Shown: positions 26,500-39,950 of the stretch, one piece after another
Layout: every line of letters begins with the position of its first letter
Numbering within the stretch: the stretch's first letter is position 1
NCBI RefSeq assembly: GCF_009914755.1
Contig: NC_060927.1
Strand: one strand, 5' to 3'
Length of the DNA: 64,000 bases
Source of the DNA: the human T2T-CHM13v2.0 reference genome, Homo sapiens
The notes under the pieces: generated by a model
Database searches by the model: none
What the model was told of the DNA's origin: nothing
The model's input: only the letters and a program-made list of their open reading frames with translations
Translations under genes and position numbers: made by a program

Positions 26500-27025
26500 G
26501 ATGACAAAACCAGGAGCTTCCATTCACTGCGCAGTTGCTGTGTTCCAGAGCCTAACTACCAGTGCTTTACAGGTGTCCTCTTATTTAGTCCTCACAATAA
26601 TCCTACTTAACAGGAACTACTGCAAGTTCCCTGCTACAGTGAAGGAAACCCAGAGTTATAAATCTTAGAAAGAATGTCAAAGATCATAAAGCAAAGAAAT
26701 AGCAAGACCAGGATTGAAACCCAAGTTTGTCTTCTCCCAAAGTCCAGGCTCTTCACACCCTACTACTAAACTGCTACCTACTCCTAAATAATGACAACAG
26801 AGACTATTTATAAACTCATCCTTTTTTTCCAGGTATTAGACCTTTAGGGAATCATTTATCCTCAAAATAACACTAGAAGAATATAGGTTTTGATATTCTA
26901 TTTTCCAGATGAGAAAACTGAAGCTTAAAGAATCTTGGCTGCTTGCCCATGTTTACAGAACTAGCCATGGCAAATAGAGAATAGACCCAAATTTATTTAA
27001 GAGGCAACAGGGTCCTTAATCACTA
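26500..27025 (-). mobile_element. Two antisense MIR fragments (about 26500-26770 and 26850-27025)
   Basis: 'ttatttagtcctcacaataatcct...ccaggattgaaacccaagtttgtc' and 'ttttccagatgagaaaactgaagctt'. Confidence 0.6.
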
Positions 27026-28620
27026 TCTTCTATCAATGGTAATTAAGTGTTTTGGTTAGGAAAAAAATCATTGTATTTAGAGTAAGTTCTTACCATAGTT
27101 AAAATGAAATAATGTACTTACACTTAACATTAAAGTCACACCAAATATAATTTCCTCTTTTCACAATGATTAGAAAGGCACTTCAGAATCTTGAAGTGCC
27201 TCATTATCATGCACATAATTAGCATATAATAATATTTTTAAAGGGTGGGTGTTTGAACCTTTGGACCATTTAGCTTCTGGACATGTGGGAGTTTGTTTTT
27301 AATGTTTTCCTTTACTAAACAATTTCTAGCTAAATTATCTGGAAATCAGGTCTGAATGAAAGACGCAGAGCAAAGTATACTCTTAACCCAACCCCTATGC
27401 CCTCAGATGAGAGAAATAAACCCATCTTTCCTCAGTGGATAGAAGAATTATGGAAGAAGGTGAGCATAGCTCCAGTGTTTTCAACATCTTAAGTTACTCA
27501 TCAACATCTATTTCATTTCATTAATAATGAATTCAACCACCAACCAATTTGAGTAATTGTCAGTAATCAGAGAATGTTTCCCCAACCTTCAAATCTATGT
27601 CATGGAAGTGAAAATTTCCCTAGCGCCATAACAGAGGAGAAAATCTTAAGTTATATAATGTGAAAATATTTGCCATTTTATTTGAGGTACTGGGATATAA
27701 ATTATATATATGTCCATCATTCTTCAGCATGTTTCCAAATCTGCAGTGTATTGTATTTTTTGCAACTAATAGAACTCATTACACTAATAGTCTAGTATTA
27801 TGTAAATGCATTTTATCCAAATATCTAGTATCCATAAGTAGTTTGTTCTCTATATCCCTAATATATCAAACAATAACTCATTTGTCAAAGGGAGACAGTT
27901 CATTAAAATTCAACAACTGTTTGGCCAGGATAAAACAGCAACAGTATAAAAATTGATGTTGCAAAACTTAACAAATGAGGGAATAAGGGAAGTGAGAATA
28001 AGGAAATTGCAGGCCTGCCCTCCAGGGCCATTTTTGGGCCACTTGTCTGAATTTTAATATTACAATTGTTTTACAAAAAGTCTCCAAGTTATTAGGCTGG
28101 GAGGGAAGCCAATTTACAGCTAGGTGACTTGAATATCAGGGGCATTCAATAAATGAGAACATGATATCACTTAGGACATAGAGTGGAAAAGGTACAACAC
28201 TTGAGCACTGTGCTACAATTCAGTTTTTAAAAGTGAGTTATTATATGACTTAGCACATATCATCCCTTGTTGAGTTGTATTTAAGTAGCATAGTGAATAA
28301 GAGTTTTAGACTGTTTTGTTTGTGTTTTCAAATGTAGTATTTGCTCCATATTTTTTTAAAGCAAAATACCAAGCATAGAAATAGCACCTACCAGAGGTTT
28401 AGATAATTTGAAAAGCAAAGAACATGAACCTGTTGATGAGCTGACACCCATTCTATCGCAAAACAGTTTTAGGAAAGGTGAAAAAAATAAAAACATGCAA
28501 TTTTTGAAGGTGCCTGGAGAAGTGCATTTATCATTTGGGATGTATCTATGAAATCTGCTTAAAATTAAAAATAAAAGATTTTTAAATATTTTTAAAATTA
28601 AACTTATTAGACTTATTGTA

Positions 28621-28786
28621 AAAATATTACACTTATTGATACAACTATGTTCACTGAAATCACTTTATTCAAAAATTACTATATTAACATATGCATGTAT
28701 ATTAAAATATTAGACTTATTGATATAACTATGTTCATCAAAATTGCCTTATTCAAAAATTACTATATTAACATATGCATGTATATA
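28621..28786. repeat. Tandem duplication, 83-bp unit x2 (diverged)
   Basis: Copy 1 at 28621-28703 and copy 2 at 28704-28786; both end in identical 'ttattcaaaaattactatattaacatatgcatgtatat'. Confidence 0.9.
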
Positions 28787-29899
28787 CATTTAAGAGGGAA
28801 AGTTCTTTATGTTTACATGCAAGTGCTGCTTTGTACTTATACATTATTTACTTATTAGCTGTATATAACTTAACTGAATAACTTCTCATCACTTTAATAT
28901 TACCTACATACTTCTAGAACTTTTTGTTTCTAAACAAGTTTTTCTCCATATGGTGTTATCAAGGAACATCATGTTTGACTCTTCATATAGCCAACAAAAA
29001 CCCTGGTTTTCAAGAAATCTGTCTTTCCAAAGGCAAATACGAAGGGTTTGACTGGGGGCCGAGATCTCTTATAGCTGAGGTTTTATACTATTCTCTCCTC
29101 TTTCTAATGGCAGTAGTGTGTGCGTGTGTGTGTGTGTGCGTGTAACTTTCATTTTCCCACATGCACCCAATGTATTAAATTTATTCTTTCAGTTAGCAGA
29201 AGCCTTTCCATAGGATAAAAATGACAAGCATTATGAAAGGCATTCAAAGTTCCCAGGCTTCTTAGGCCCATTCGAGGATCAAGTATTCCTTCAAAATCCA
29301 CTTTCAAGATTCCACAAGTTTATTGCAAGATATTCATATGTAAATTAACAGACCTGTGTAGTGATCTCCCTAACATATTTTTGCTCTATCAAAGTTCTAC
29401 TTGCTGTTAGAAAGTAGCAGTTAATGTCACAACTACTGTTCTGTTATGCATGCGAGGGAATCAAAGTACAGTAATCAAAGTACAGTAGATAATTATTTTT
29501 TAGTACATAGTAGAGTGGTATAACTAAGCTTTCTTTTAAGCTGTTAGTCAAATTACACAGCTAATAAGCAAAAGACAAACGAGCAAAGCTATATTTGCTA
29601 CACTGTTTGTCTCTTAACGGAGATCAAAGAATGAAGCTGGTTTGCAACTCTGTGACCTGTCATTCTGTGAAAAGTGTGTCTCTCGCCAAAAATGAAACTA
29701 CAAATCACATGCTGTTTGATGGTGTGCCTGTGCTTGTGTGAACAGGCCACCACATTCAAGCTATGAAGAAGCTGCTAACAGGTGTCATCTGCTTTGCAAA
29801 ATTACAGTTTCCACAAAGCACCACGAATTGGGATCATTAAGAATACCCAGATGCTGTATCCCAGGCTTCAGGGCTTAAACATGTACTTCAGATTTTCAG

Positions 29900-29950
29900 G
29901 TTGTTTTGTTTGTTTGTTTGTTTGTTTGTTTGTTTTTGTCTTTGTTTTCA
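29900..29950. repeat. (GTTT)n microsatellite
   Basis: Direct reading. Confidence 0.85.
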
Positions 29951-31922
29951 GTTTCAATGATCTATCTCCAAATGAGATACTCTGAGTGTTTGAGCTTTGC
30001 ACCTATCTATGAAATTTACTTTAAGTAGGTTCCTTATTCAATGCTGAAAATTAGGTCAGCTAGAACTTCTAGTCCATTTGACTTCTTATCTATTAAAACT
30101 TCTTGTTTGACAGAAGTCTATGAAAAGAAATGAACAAATATGAATGTGACTTATGCAAAGCCAATAAAATTATACTTTAATCTATTAAGCTTAAACCCCT
30201 GAAATTCCATCGTATTCCGTTGTATATTTCCGGATAGCCAGGGCAGATACATGTTTTGTTTTTGATAGTGTTAAAAGCTGAAAAAACATTGATTTGTTTG
30301 AAGAAAAAAAAACATAAAAGGCATGCTGTAATGAGATTTTTGAAACACATTAGAGAAATTTTAACTTAAAAAATTCAAAATATTAAACATAAAACTCATT
30401 TACTCTAAATTTATTATTTGAAAAATGAATGGATTTAATCAAGTAACCAGGATTTTTTGTGTGCTTGATGGCTAATAACTTCTTTGTGTGCAAATTACCT
30501 TTCAACTAGTTGCTTCGGTGTTCTAAGATATAATTAAAGAGATTAAATGCTTATAGAAATCAGAGATTCTATGCAGATGTTATTACTCATAAATTTTGTT
30601 TTCAACAAGTTAACAGGGCAAATACTTTTATTTATCTATGCATTCAATATTCATTCAGTAAGTTTCCACTTTGTGCTTAGCATTGGACTGGCTCCCAGAG
30701 AAATGTATATGTAATAAAAACAATGTAGGTCCTGTCACGATTTACTGCTGCTTAGTTTGTGTGCGTGTTTCTGTCTTGTCTTTTCTATTGGCCTATAAGC
30801 TCTTGGGGCTAGTTATATAGCATCATGAGTTCCCCAAAGTGCTTCTCACAAAGAGCTCAATTAATAAATAGTTTTATTTGCCTATGAAAAGCATCTGTTA
30901 TAACTTACTTTCCTTGCCTCATTTTTTCCCCAATTTCCCTCCCTAGCAACTTCCACTCTGTCCACACTGAACTGTTCATTATTCCTTGGAGTGATTTGCA
31001 TTTCCATATATCTGGGCCTTTGCTATTACTAAACTCCTGTGTGTTTTGTTTTGTTTTTTAATGTCGTTTATCCATACACTTAACTCCTCCTTCAAACCAA
31101 GCAGAAGTAGTTCTCTTCTGAATGTACCACTATTAAAGCACTTATTACATTGGTATATAACTAATTGTCAGCTCCTGTCACTAAACTACTAAAAGTTTGG
31201 TATGATTTTATTTTCCTCTTTGTATCTGTAGTGCCATGTAAGACCTTTTATAAAGGTGACATATAACAGTTGGTACAAAGGAACAAAATAAAATGGCATA
31301 CAATAGTTTTAAAAAGTTTACTAGAGCTTTGTCTAACAATTAGTCATTGCTTACTATTGAGCAGGATAATAATGCCTTGCGACTGCTTCCAAATCCCTCT
31401 TTCTCTGATCTCTCTGCCCTTCAACTTTTCAAGAGTACCTTTTCCATATACTCTCTACCTCAAAAGCTTTTCACTTAAAACCCTCCTGCCAAAGTTGGGA
31501 GAGGGATTATTGGTGTAGTGATGGTACTTTTTCTGGGAGTATTTGAATCCAAACAAGAAATAAATTACCTTAAACCAAAAAAGTAGGTTTTGAACTGCGA
31601 GGTTTCAAGGAGTATCAGAAACAAAGGAAACAGTTTTGTCAGAGGCCACACACACAAATCCAAAATCTTCTTACGACTCCATTGATCTTCGTCCTGTGCC
31701 TCTTGATGTTTTCATGAAAGATGGAGGAGTTGCTATTACATGAGAAATAAGCTGTTACTAAGATTATTCCATTCTACCATGGCAAAGTAGTGCAGATGGC
31801 CATATGGGAAAGCTGAATAAATAATTATTTTATAAAGATAAAACTAAAAATAGTATCCATCTCTCATTCCTGAAAGTAGCATCACTGTGCTATCTTGTGT
31901 AAGATTACATTTTTAAGGCTTG

Positions 31923-31998
31923 GTTTAAAATATTTTCATTACAAATTCTTCTCTGACATTGTTTAAAATATTTTCATTACAAATTCTTCTCTGACATT
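31923..31998. repeat. Perfect 38-bp tandem duplication
   Basis: 'gtttaaaatattttcattacaaattcttctctgacatt' at 31923-31960 and 31961-31998. Confidence 0.97.
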
Positions 31999-32296
31999 TG
32001 TAAAACATTTTCTATTTGTTTTACAAATTTTATTTTTAAAAATTAATTTAAAAGCCAATAGTCACTGCAGAGCTTAGAATAAATTTCATCATTTTTCTTT
32101 ATCTACAATTACCAAGGGAACACTATAGAATACCATTGCTAAATGGTGTTTTCATTCACTAGATGACCATCCTCCTCTACTTATGTTATTTTACTACTAA
32201 AGAAACTGCAATATTTTTTATTGTGATATAATATTTATTTCCCACATATTTTCCAAAAGACCAAAATTTTAATCAAAATTTAAGAAACAATCTCCT

Positions 32297-32592
32297 GGCC
32301 AGGCGCGGTGGCTCACACCTGTAATCCCAGCACTTTGGGAGGCTGAGGCAGACGGATAAAGAAGTCAAGAGATCAAGACCATCCTAGCCAACATGGTGAA
32401 ACTACTACTAAAAATACAAAAATTAGCTGGGCGTGGTGGTGCACCTGTAGTTCCAGCTACTCAGAAGGCTGAGGCAGGATAATCACTTAACCTGGGAGGC
32501 GGAGGTTTCAGTGAGCTGAGGTCGCGCCACTGAACTCCAGCCTGGAGACAGAGCTAGACTCCGTCTCAAAAAAAAAAAAGAAAAAGAAAAAA
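32297..32592 (+). mobile_element. AluS (AluSc-like) with 14-bp TSD
   Basis: 'ggccaggcgcggtggctcac...gtcaagagatcaagaccatcct'; TSD AAGAAACAATCTCC at 32282-32295 and 32593-32606. Confidence 0.97.
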
Positions 32593-32862
32593 AAGAAACA
32601 ATCTCCATCATTCTTTTGTGACATAATCCACCTATATACACTTCTAACTAAATCAAGATATTTAGATTATAGTCTAAGTTAAACAAACCCAGATGTACAA
32701 AAATCATCAGGCTATTTGTAGAGAAAGTATTGTTTTGATAAATATAGTTATCTCAAAAAAAAGCAAAAAAATGAGGATATGTTTAAGAAGTAAATAAACA
32801 TTTGTGTGTGTGTGTATATATATATAGACATAGATAGTTACAGATATAACATTATCTTTTAG

Positions 32863-33279
<417 letters not shown>

Positions 33280-34909
33280 AAAGATCATGTTTTTTACTCA
33301 CAGTCACAGCTAGACCCAAACACAGAAGTCTTGACCTTTAAACTAGTTCCCTTCCCATCATATATAGTAATTGTTGAAGAGTTATGTTCAAAATAGAATA
33401 TACAAGCAAGTTTAAGATCTCTTTTTTAGAAAATTGAATCTTTGAAAAATATGTTTGATGATATTTCAGAGGCATTATTAACATCAATTATCACTGTATT
33501 AATAAAATTTACATTTAAAAAGTCCAGTAAGTAGACTTATGAATAATGAAGAGTTTATTAACTACACTCAAAGAGACGATCTGAAAAAACAGACTAATAA
33601 ACCAGAAAAATAATTAGATTAGGAAGCTAATCTGTGTATGAGATTGCTCCTCAAACCAAATCCACTCTGAATTTGGACTTGGACTTAGTGAGGGATTAGA
33701 GAAATCTCTCTAGGCGCCAAATTCATAATCCATGGCAGCCAATGCAGCCGAAGTGTCTGTGCACAAGAAATATTCTTGCCTGACTTGCAATATTATCTTG
33801 ATGCTACATGCTTCACTAAGTTGGAAGAGATGCCGCTAAAGAGCAGGGGGCACAGGAAACCTGATTCAACTTTTGGAAACCATTAGAGAAGCATGCTGAA
33901 GTTTGGAGAAAAAAAAAAAATGCCTTCTTCAGGGGAAATTAAGTATAATCAGAGGTCAAGGTAGAAATTTACTAACATAGATTGGGCAACCATTTACATG
34001 GATTAGGGCATGGACTCACTCCAGTTTCACCAAATGCCACACCTGGAGAGTAAACGTAACTCTTAGGCATCAGTCACCTGGAGTCCCCGGGCTCCTTAAT
34101 GCTCTGTCAAGATTGATGAGGATAAACCAGGAGGGGCACAGATTTAAGCCTATAAATTGAATCTTAGGTAAGCCTATAGTCTTAGACAGACTATATTTTA
34201 GAAGACAGAATCTGGCACACTTTAAAATCTGATTTTTAGAAATGTTTTTATTAGTTTAGTACATTCACTTAACAAGCATAATTTTATTCACAAATGCCTA
34301 TCATGTGCCTGGCAATAGGGTCTGAATTCTTCATAACCCAGAACTTTGTCATACTCAGTTTTTAGCCTCAGAAACTGACATAAATTTATAGTTATTGATA
34401 AATCAGAAGATAATTCTGTACATCTATTTTTTTCTCTTTTTTTCGCTGCATTGATAATCTGAAGATCAAATTTCCCAAGCTCTCCCAATAGTCATGCAAA
34501 ATTATACTTACTTAGATTTTCTATTACATTTATTTGTAAACTTAAGTTAAAATCTATTTTCAAAAGTTCTCATTTTGAGTTTTATTCGTCTTGTATACAC
34601 TCTGCACGTAATGTCATCAATTAAAATGAGAATATGCTTAGAAAATCTTTATAACCATCTACCATGGCTAATGATCTTAACTTTAATGCACAAAATGTTA
34701 TTTCATTGGAAATTTGGTGCGTTCTTAGAGTGAACCTTGTTTCTGTAACATTTTCAGCGATCTTAGATCAAAAAGCACCAACAAATATTTCTAGATTTGT
34801 TTTCTATAACAAGTACTCATATGGCACTTAACTATTTGAAAAATAAATCAGTTAAATTTTAAATAATTGCCAACAATCATGCTGTCATGATCTACAAGGT
34901 ATAGAAAAA

Positions 34910-35115
34910 AATAGCTAACACAAGTAGAACTTTGCTTATGCCAAGATTGTACTTGAAATGCTTTACATATATTGACTTTATTCATCTTTACATCAACTCT
35001 GTAAGAACCATTATTATCCCCAATAGTAACATTCCCAAGGCCTTTCAGCTTGCAGTGGTAGAAGTAGGGCTTAACCCCAGATGGTCAAACTCCAGAGTCT
35101 GTGCTTTCAATAAAT
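34910..35115 (-). mobile_element. MIR fragment
   Basis: 'atagctaacac...atgctttacatatattgact...aactccagagtctgtgctttcaa'. Confidence 0.55.
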
Positions 35116-35334
35116 ATTTAATTTTGTCAATTTATAACAAAGTCATTTGGAGCATCTCCTGTTGCTGGGATGCATGGATGGCAAAAATATCTCTATCTTT
35201 TAGCTATCACCTTTGCTGAAATGTTGGGTGGTCCATGCCCACAGAAGGTGAGAAAGTTTTATATGCTTATTTTTAACAACTAGAACATAGGATTTAAAAA
35301 GACAAGGGTAAATTTCAACAATGTAGTGTATATG

Positions 35335-35637
35335 TTGTCTTCTAAGGAGCAATAGAAGACAACTCTGACTATCTTAAGCAAAAGGAAATGTTTTGGAACA
35401 ATAGTGGAAAGCCACAGAATTACAGGAAGGCTACAGAACCAAGCTTAAAAACTAACAGGAACCAAGCCGTCTTGGTGGAAGAGGAAAAATAACTATAGAT
35501 ATAGTTTATATCAGATACAGAGTGATTAAGTGAGCCGTACTAGGATAAATGAATTCCAAATATTTTCAGTCTATTTGCTGCTCTACTCAAGACTTTATAA
35601 AAGGAGAATGGCTTTCTTGAGCTACGGTACTTAACCT

Positions 35638-35673
<36 letters not shown>

Positions 35674-35850
35674 TCCAGTTAGCCTGGCTTGGGTAACAAT
35701 AACTCTTCCTTGACTAAGAGACGGAGGTGATTGGAACGCAGCCCTGCCAGTCTATGTTCAATGAGGACAATACTTTTCTAAATGCAACTGAGGCTGCTCT
35801 TAGAAAATAAAAATAGGTACGGGCAGTCAAAAACCCACAGACATCCATGG
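35335..35850 (-). mobile_element. Old MaLR LTR (MLT1J-N class), interrupted at 35610-35674
   Basis: 'caactctgactatcttaagcaaaaggaaat' and 'gagaatccagttagcctggcttgggt' resemble antisense old MLT1 motifs. Confidence 0.5.
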
Positions 35851-35878
35851 TTGTGACTTTCAAAATAATTCCCATTAT

Positions 35879-35881
<3 letters not shown>

Positions 35882-35921
<40 letters not shown>
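35882..35921. repeat. (GT)20 perfect microsatellite
   Basis: Direct reading. Confidence 0.97.
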
Positions 35922-35925
<4 letters not shown>

Positions 35926-36334
35926 AGATAAGTTAATCTGTCCTAAAAACTGCTTTAAAATCATATTTTGTTAAGATTTATTTCTGATTATAACAGTAAC
36001 ACATATTTACTGTAGAACACTTGGAAACTAAATGTAAAAAGTCACTTACAATCCCAAGAACGATCTAGTATTGACATTTTGATGTTATTCTTTTTGTCTT
36101 TCTACAAGTAGTTATACATACACATATATCTATATACTCTATACTAAAATTTGAGATGGTTCCTGTACTTTTGTGTTGTACATTTGTCACTTAGTTGATT
36201 GTTACTAGGTTTATATTATTAATCTCTAAGAACATGATTCCATGAAATCGATAATCATCTATAATATAATAATTCTACATTGTTGTACCTTTAGGTTGGT
36301 AAGTAATAATAGTAGTAACAGAGAAGAAAATAAA

Positions 36335-36520
36335 ACAGCTAATATTTATCAGGTATGTATTGTGGGTCAGATACTCTGTGGCATGCTTTACGTGCAGTTT
36401 TATTTTACTAAAGCAGAAACTAAAGCTCAGGGAGATAAATTTCCCCAAGGTCAAAGAGCTAGTGACTATAGAGTTTGGATTTGAGCCCAGATACTCTGGA
36501 TAGCCTGTGTTCTTGGTAGC
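36335..36520 (-). mobile_element. MIR fragment
   Basis: 'acagctaatatttat...gaaactaaagctcagggaga...cccaaggtca..gagctagtga...ggatttgagcccag'. Confidence 0.7.
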
Positions 36521-36967
36521 TATATCTTTGTGTTATTACTAAATATATTGTGCTGTATATCCTTACATATAAATATTTGCACAGCTTATTTACTTTAGAT
36601 AAATTCCAAGATGGGAGATTGCTGAATCAAAGTCTAAACATTTACAAAGCCCTTGATACATTTTGCCTGTACAAATATACAAATTTCTATTTTTTCTGGC
36701 AGAATATGAGGATGCTTATTTCATAATAGTCCCATCATTGGATAAAATTATTTAAATTTTCAAATTTGAAAAAGAATGTAATGGGATCTTATTTTTGTTC
36801 GTTTTCTTTTTTTAATTGATAATGAGACTCACTATGTTTCAATTCATTATTTTTACCTTTATGGTAATTAAGTGACATTCACTGAACCGTATTTATCTGA
36901 GTGCCCACACTTCTCTCCCCTGGGGTATTATTTAATGACAAAGGTAATGTGCATGAATCTCTTTTGA

Positions 36968-37335
<368 letters not shown>

Positions 37336-37578
37336 TAACCTTGCTACGCTGAGAGTATGCAATGCTTTGACAAAGGATGTAAACCTCAGGTTCCTTATTT
37401 GTAAAATGATAAGAATAGCACATACCCCGTAAGTTTGTTATGATGATTTAATAAAACATAAAGGATTTGAGACAATGTTCGATTCATTTTAAGTGTTTGA
37501 TCAATGTTGGCTACTATCAGTAATAATGGTAATAGTAGTAAGAGTGAGAGTGGATATGTGGCCAAGGTGATCTTTTCT

Positions 37579-38127
37579 TTTTTTTTTTTTTTTTTTCATT
37601 TATTTTTATTTTATTTTATTTTATTTTTTTTATTATACTCTAAGTTTTAGGGTACATGTGCACATTGTGCAGGTTAGTTACATATGTATACATGTGCCAT
37701 TACTGGGTATATACCCAAATGAGTATAAATCATGCTGCTATAAAGACACATGCACACGTATGTTTATTGCGGCACTATTCACAATAGCAAAGACTTGGAA
37801 CCAACCCAAATGTCCAACAATGATAGACTGGATTAAGAAAATGTGGCACATATACACCATGGAATACTATGCATCCATAAAAAATGATGAGTTCATATCC
37901 TTTGTAGGGACATGGATGAAATTGGAAACCATCATTCTCAGTAAACTATCGCAAGAACAAAAAACCAAACACCGCATATTCTCACTCATAGGTGGGAATT
38001 GAACAATGAGATCACATGGACACAGGAAGGGGAATATCACACTCTGGGGACTGTGGTGGGGTTGGGGGAGGAGGGGAGGGATAGTATTGGGAGATATACC
38101 TAATGCTAGATGACACATTAGTGGGTG
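37579..38127 (-). mobile_element. L1HS Ta-1, 5'-truncated with 5' inversion; 16-bp TSD
   Basis: Poly-T tail at 37579-37630, antisense 3' end at 37631-37700, then a sense-oriented inverted ORF2-end/3' UTR segment at 37697-38129. TSD CAAGGTGATCTTTTCT at 37563-37578 and 38128-38143. Diagnostics: ACA (38115-38117), 'cttaGagtat' (37640), 'cccaaaTgaGtat' (37720/37723). Confidence 0.96.
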
Positions 38128-38449
38128 CAAGGTGATCTTTTCTAAAAAGCACTATTTTCTAATTCTTGGGGATGTGGACTGCCTTACAGAGGGGAGTAAG
38201 TCTGAACAGTGTGGAAGAGTTCACCTAGAGCTCACAATCTATGAGGGTCCTTTTCAAGAGGATCCTCTCAATGGGCAGCTATCTGCATCAGTAAATGAAT
38301 ACGATGATTAGATAAGGTTTGCCTGAGGTAAGGACAGAGGTGGAGGAACAGTCAAATACATGCTCCGAAAGGCTCAGGGAAAGAAACTTTCTCCTCATTA
38401 TCATTTTGGTGCCATAAATTCCATTTTACTTCTGCAGAAATTCAGGTTA

Positions 38450-38995
38450 GAATGGCATTTATTAGATGCCTATCATGTGGGAAGCACAGTTCTACAAGAT
38501 TTTCAAACATCTCATCTCAACCTTATATAAAAAGACACCCAATGGATGTGAAAGAAGTATTGTTACTTACAGAGCAGCATTATTTGCAGAGGAGGAAATA
38601 AATACCATAGGAGCTTAGTAATTTACCCAAAGCCCACAGTTATAGCCAAGTTTGTCTGTCATTTTTTTCCTGCCAATGGCCATTTCTGGACATCTAGGCC
38701 TGGAGAGCTCTCTCTGGAGAGTAGATTTAACAGGAAAGTTTCATAGCTCCTCGTGTGATCAGCAGTGGGATGCTGGGGTCTAATAATAATGGACCAGGAA
38801 CCCTGAGTTTGACTTCAGCTCCTTTGCCTCTGCCGTTTACTCATTTTATCACTTTGGAAAAATTACTTAATCTCCTGTTTCCTCATCTGTAAAATGCAGG
38901 TAGTGACTGCTACCTTGCAGTGCTAATGCAAGAAGAAAAGGTAACTGCTGTAAAGTTCCTAGCACATAATAGGCAATGAATAATTAATAATTATA
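38450..38995. mobile_element. Two MIR fragments (about 38450-38650 antisense; about 38790-38995 sense)
   Basis: 'ttacttaatctcctgtttcctcatctgtaaaatg...tgtaaagttcctagcacataatagg' and 'atggcatttattagatgcctatcatgtg'. Confidence 0.65.
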
Positions 38996-39659
38996 AATAA
39001 TGGCTCAGAATACTAGCTATTCAACTTCTAAGGCTTGAACACTGTGTTCTCAACTCTATAACCTCAATATTAAAACCCAAAGCTTGAGTCTTCACATTCT
39101 GACTTAGAAAGACTTCCTTCATTGTTCCTGTCATTTATGCACCAAATGTAAACTAAGTTCTTACTGTGCATGAAGCTCTTTTTAAATGCTTTGAGAGGTA
39201 AAAGATTCATCAGACACAGATTGTTCACTGGAGGGCCCTACAGTATAGCAGACGAGGTGAAGCATGGCCATCAATAACTAGTATCCAGAGTAGAAAGTGG
39301 TAAATGCTTCAATAGGATAGATTTCATAGAAAGTGCTATATGTTGCAGAAATATTAATTTCAACTAATAAACATCACAAAGCAATAATATTAACAATCTT
39401 TTCTTTTATATGCACTTTTACCTAAGATCAAAATTTCATTTCAACCTCCCTGTCAGCTATTGAATGGGGCAACTTTATCTTACTTGACCCTAAACAGACC
39501 AGTTATTCCTCCTCCACTATATATTTTCCTTAACCATCAGGCACAACTATTCTAATTACATGGAGCAAAAATCACTGCTAATCTTTTTCTCTGATCCTAG
39601 AGCAGTAGTGTCCACAGACTATACAAGTGTGTATAGCCTGGGGGTAGAAATTGAGCCCT

Positions 39660-39950
39660 GTCAGGGCATGGTTGTTCACGCCCGTAATCCCAGCACTTTA
39701 GAATGCCGAGGTAGGTGAATTGCTTGGGCCCAGGAGTTTGAGACCAGCCTAGACAACATAATGAAACCTCCTTTCTACAAAAATTACAAAACAGTAGCTG
39801 GGTGTGGTGGCACACACCTGTAGGCCCAGCTACTTGGGAGGCTGAGGTGGGAGGAGAGCATGAACCCAGGAGGGGAGGCTGAGGCTGCAGTGAACTGTGA
39901 TTGCACCACTGCACTCCAGCCTGAGCTACAGAGTAAAACCCTCTTTCGAA
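39660..39950 (+). mobile_element. AluJ whose tail has become a GA-rich repeat
   Basis: 'gaattgcttgggcccaggagtttgagaccagcct...gaggctgcagtgaactgtgattgcaccactgc'; degenerate TSD AGAAATTGAGCCCTG (39646-39660) vs AGAAATTGGGCACTG (40117-40131). Confidence 0.93.

Noticed and set aside
33830-34140. CTCF-like motifs (GCAGGGGGCAC, CCAGGAGGGGCAC); also partial matches near 57148 and 62008
   Set aside because: Each misses key core positions; cannot be supported without PWM scoring or ChIP data.
37658-38002. Intact-looking 114-aa L1 ORF2 C-terminal ORF
   Set aside because: Fusion across the inversion junction of a truncated L1; no promoter, not a functional ORF2.
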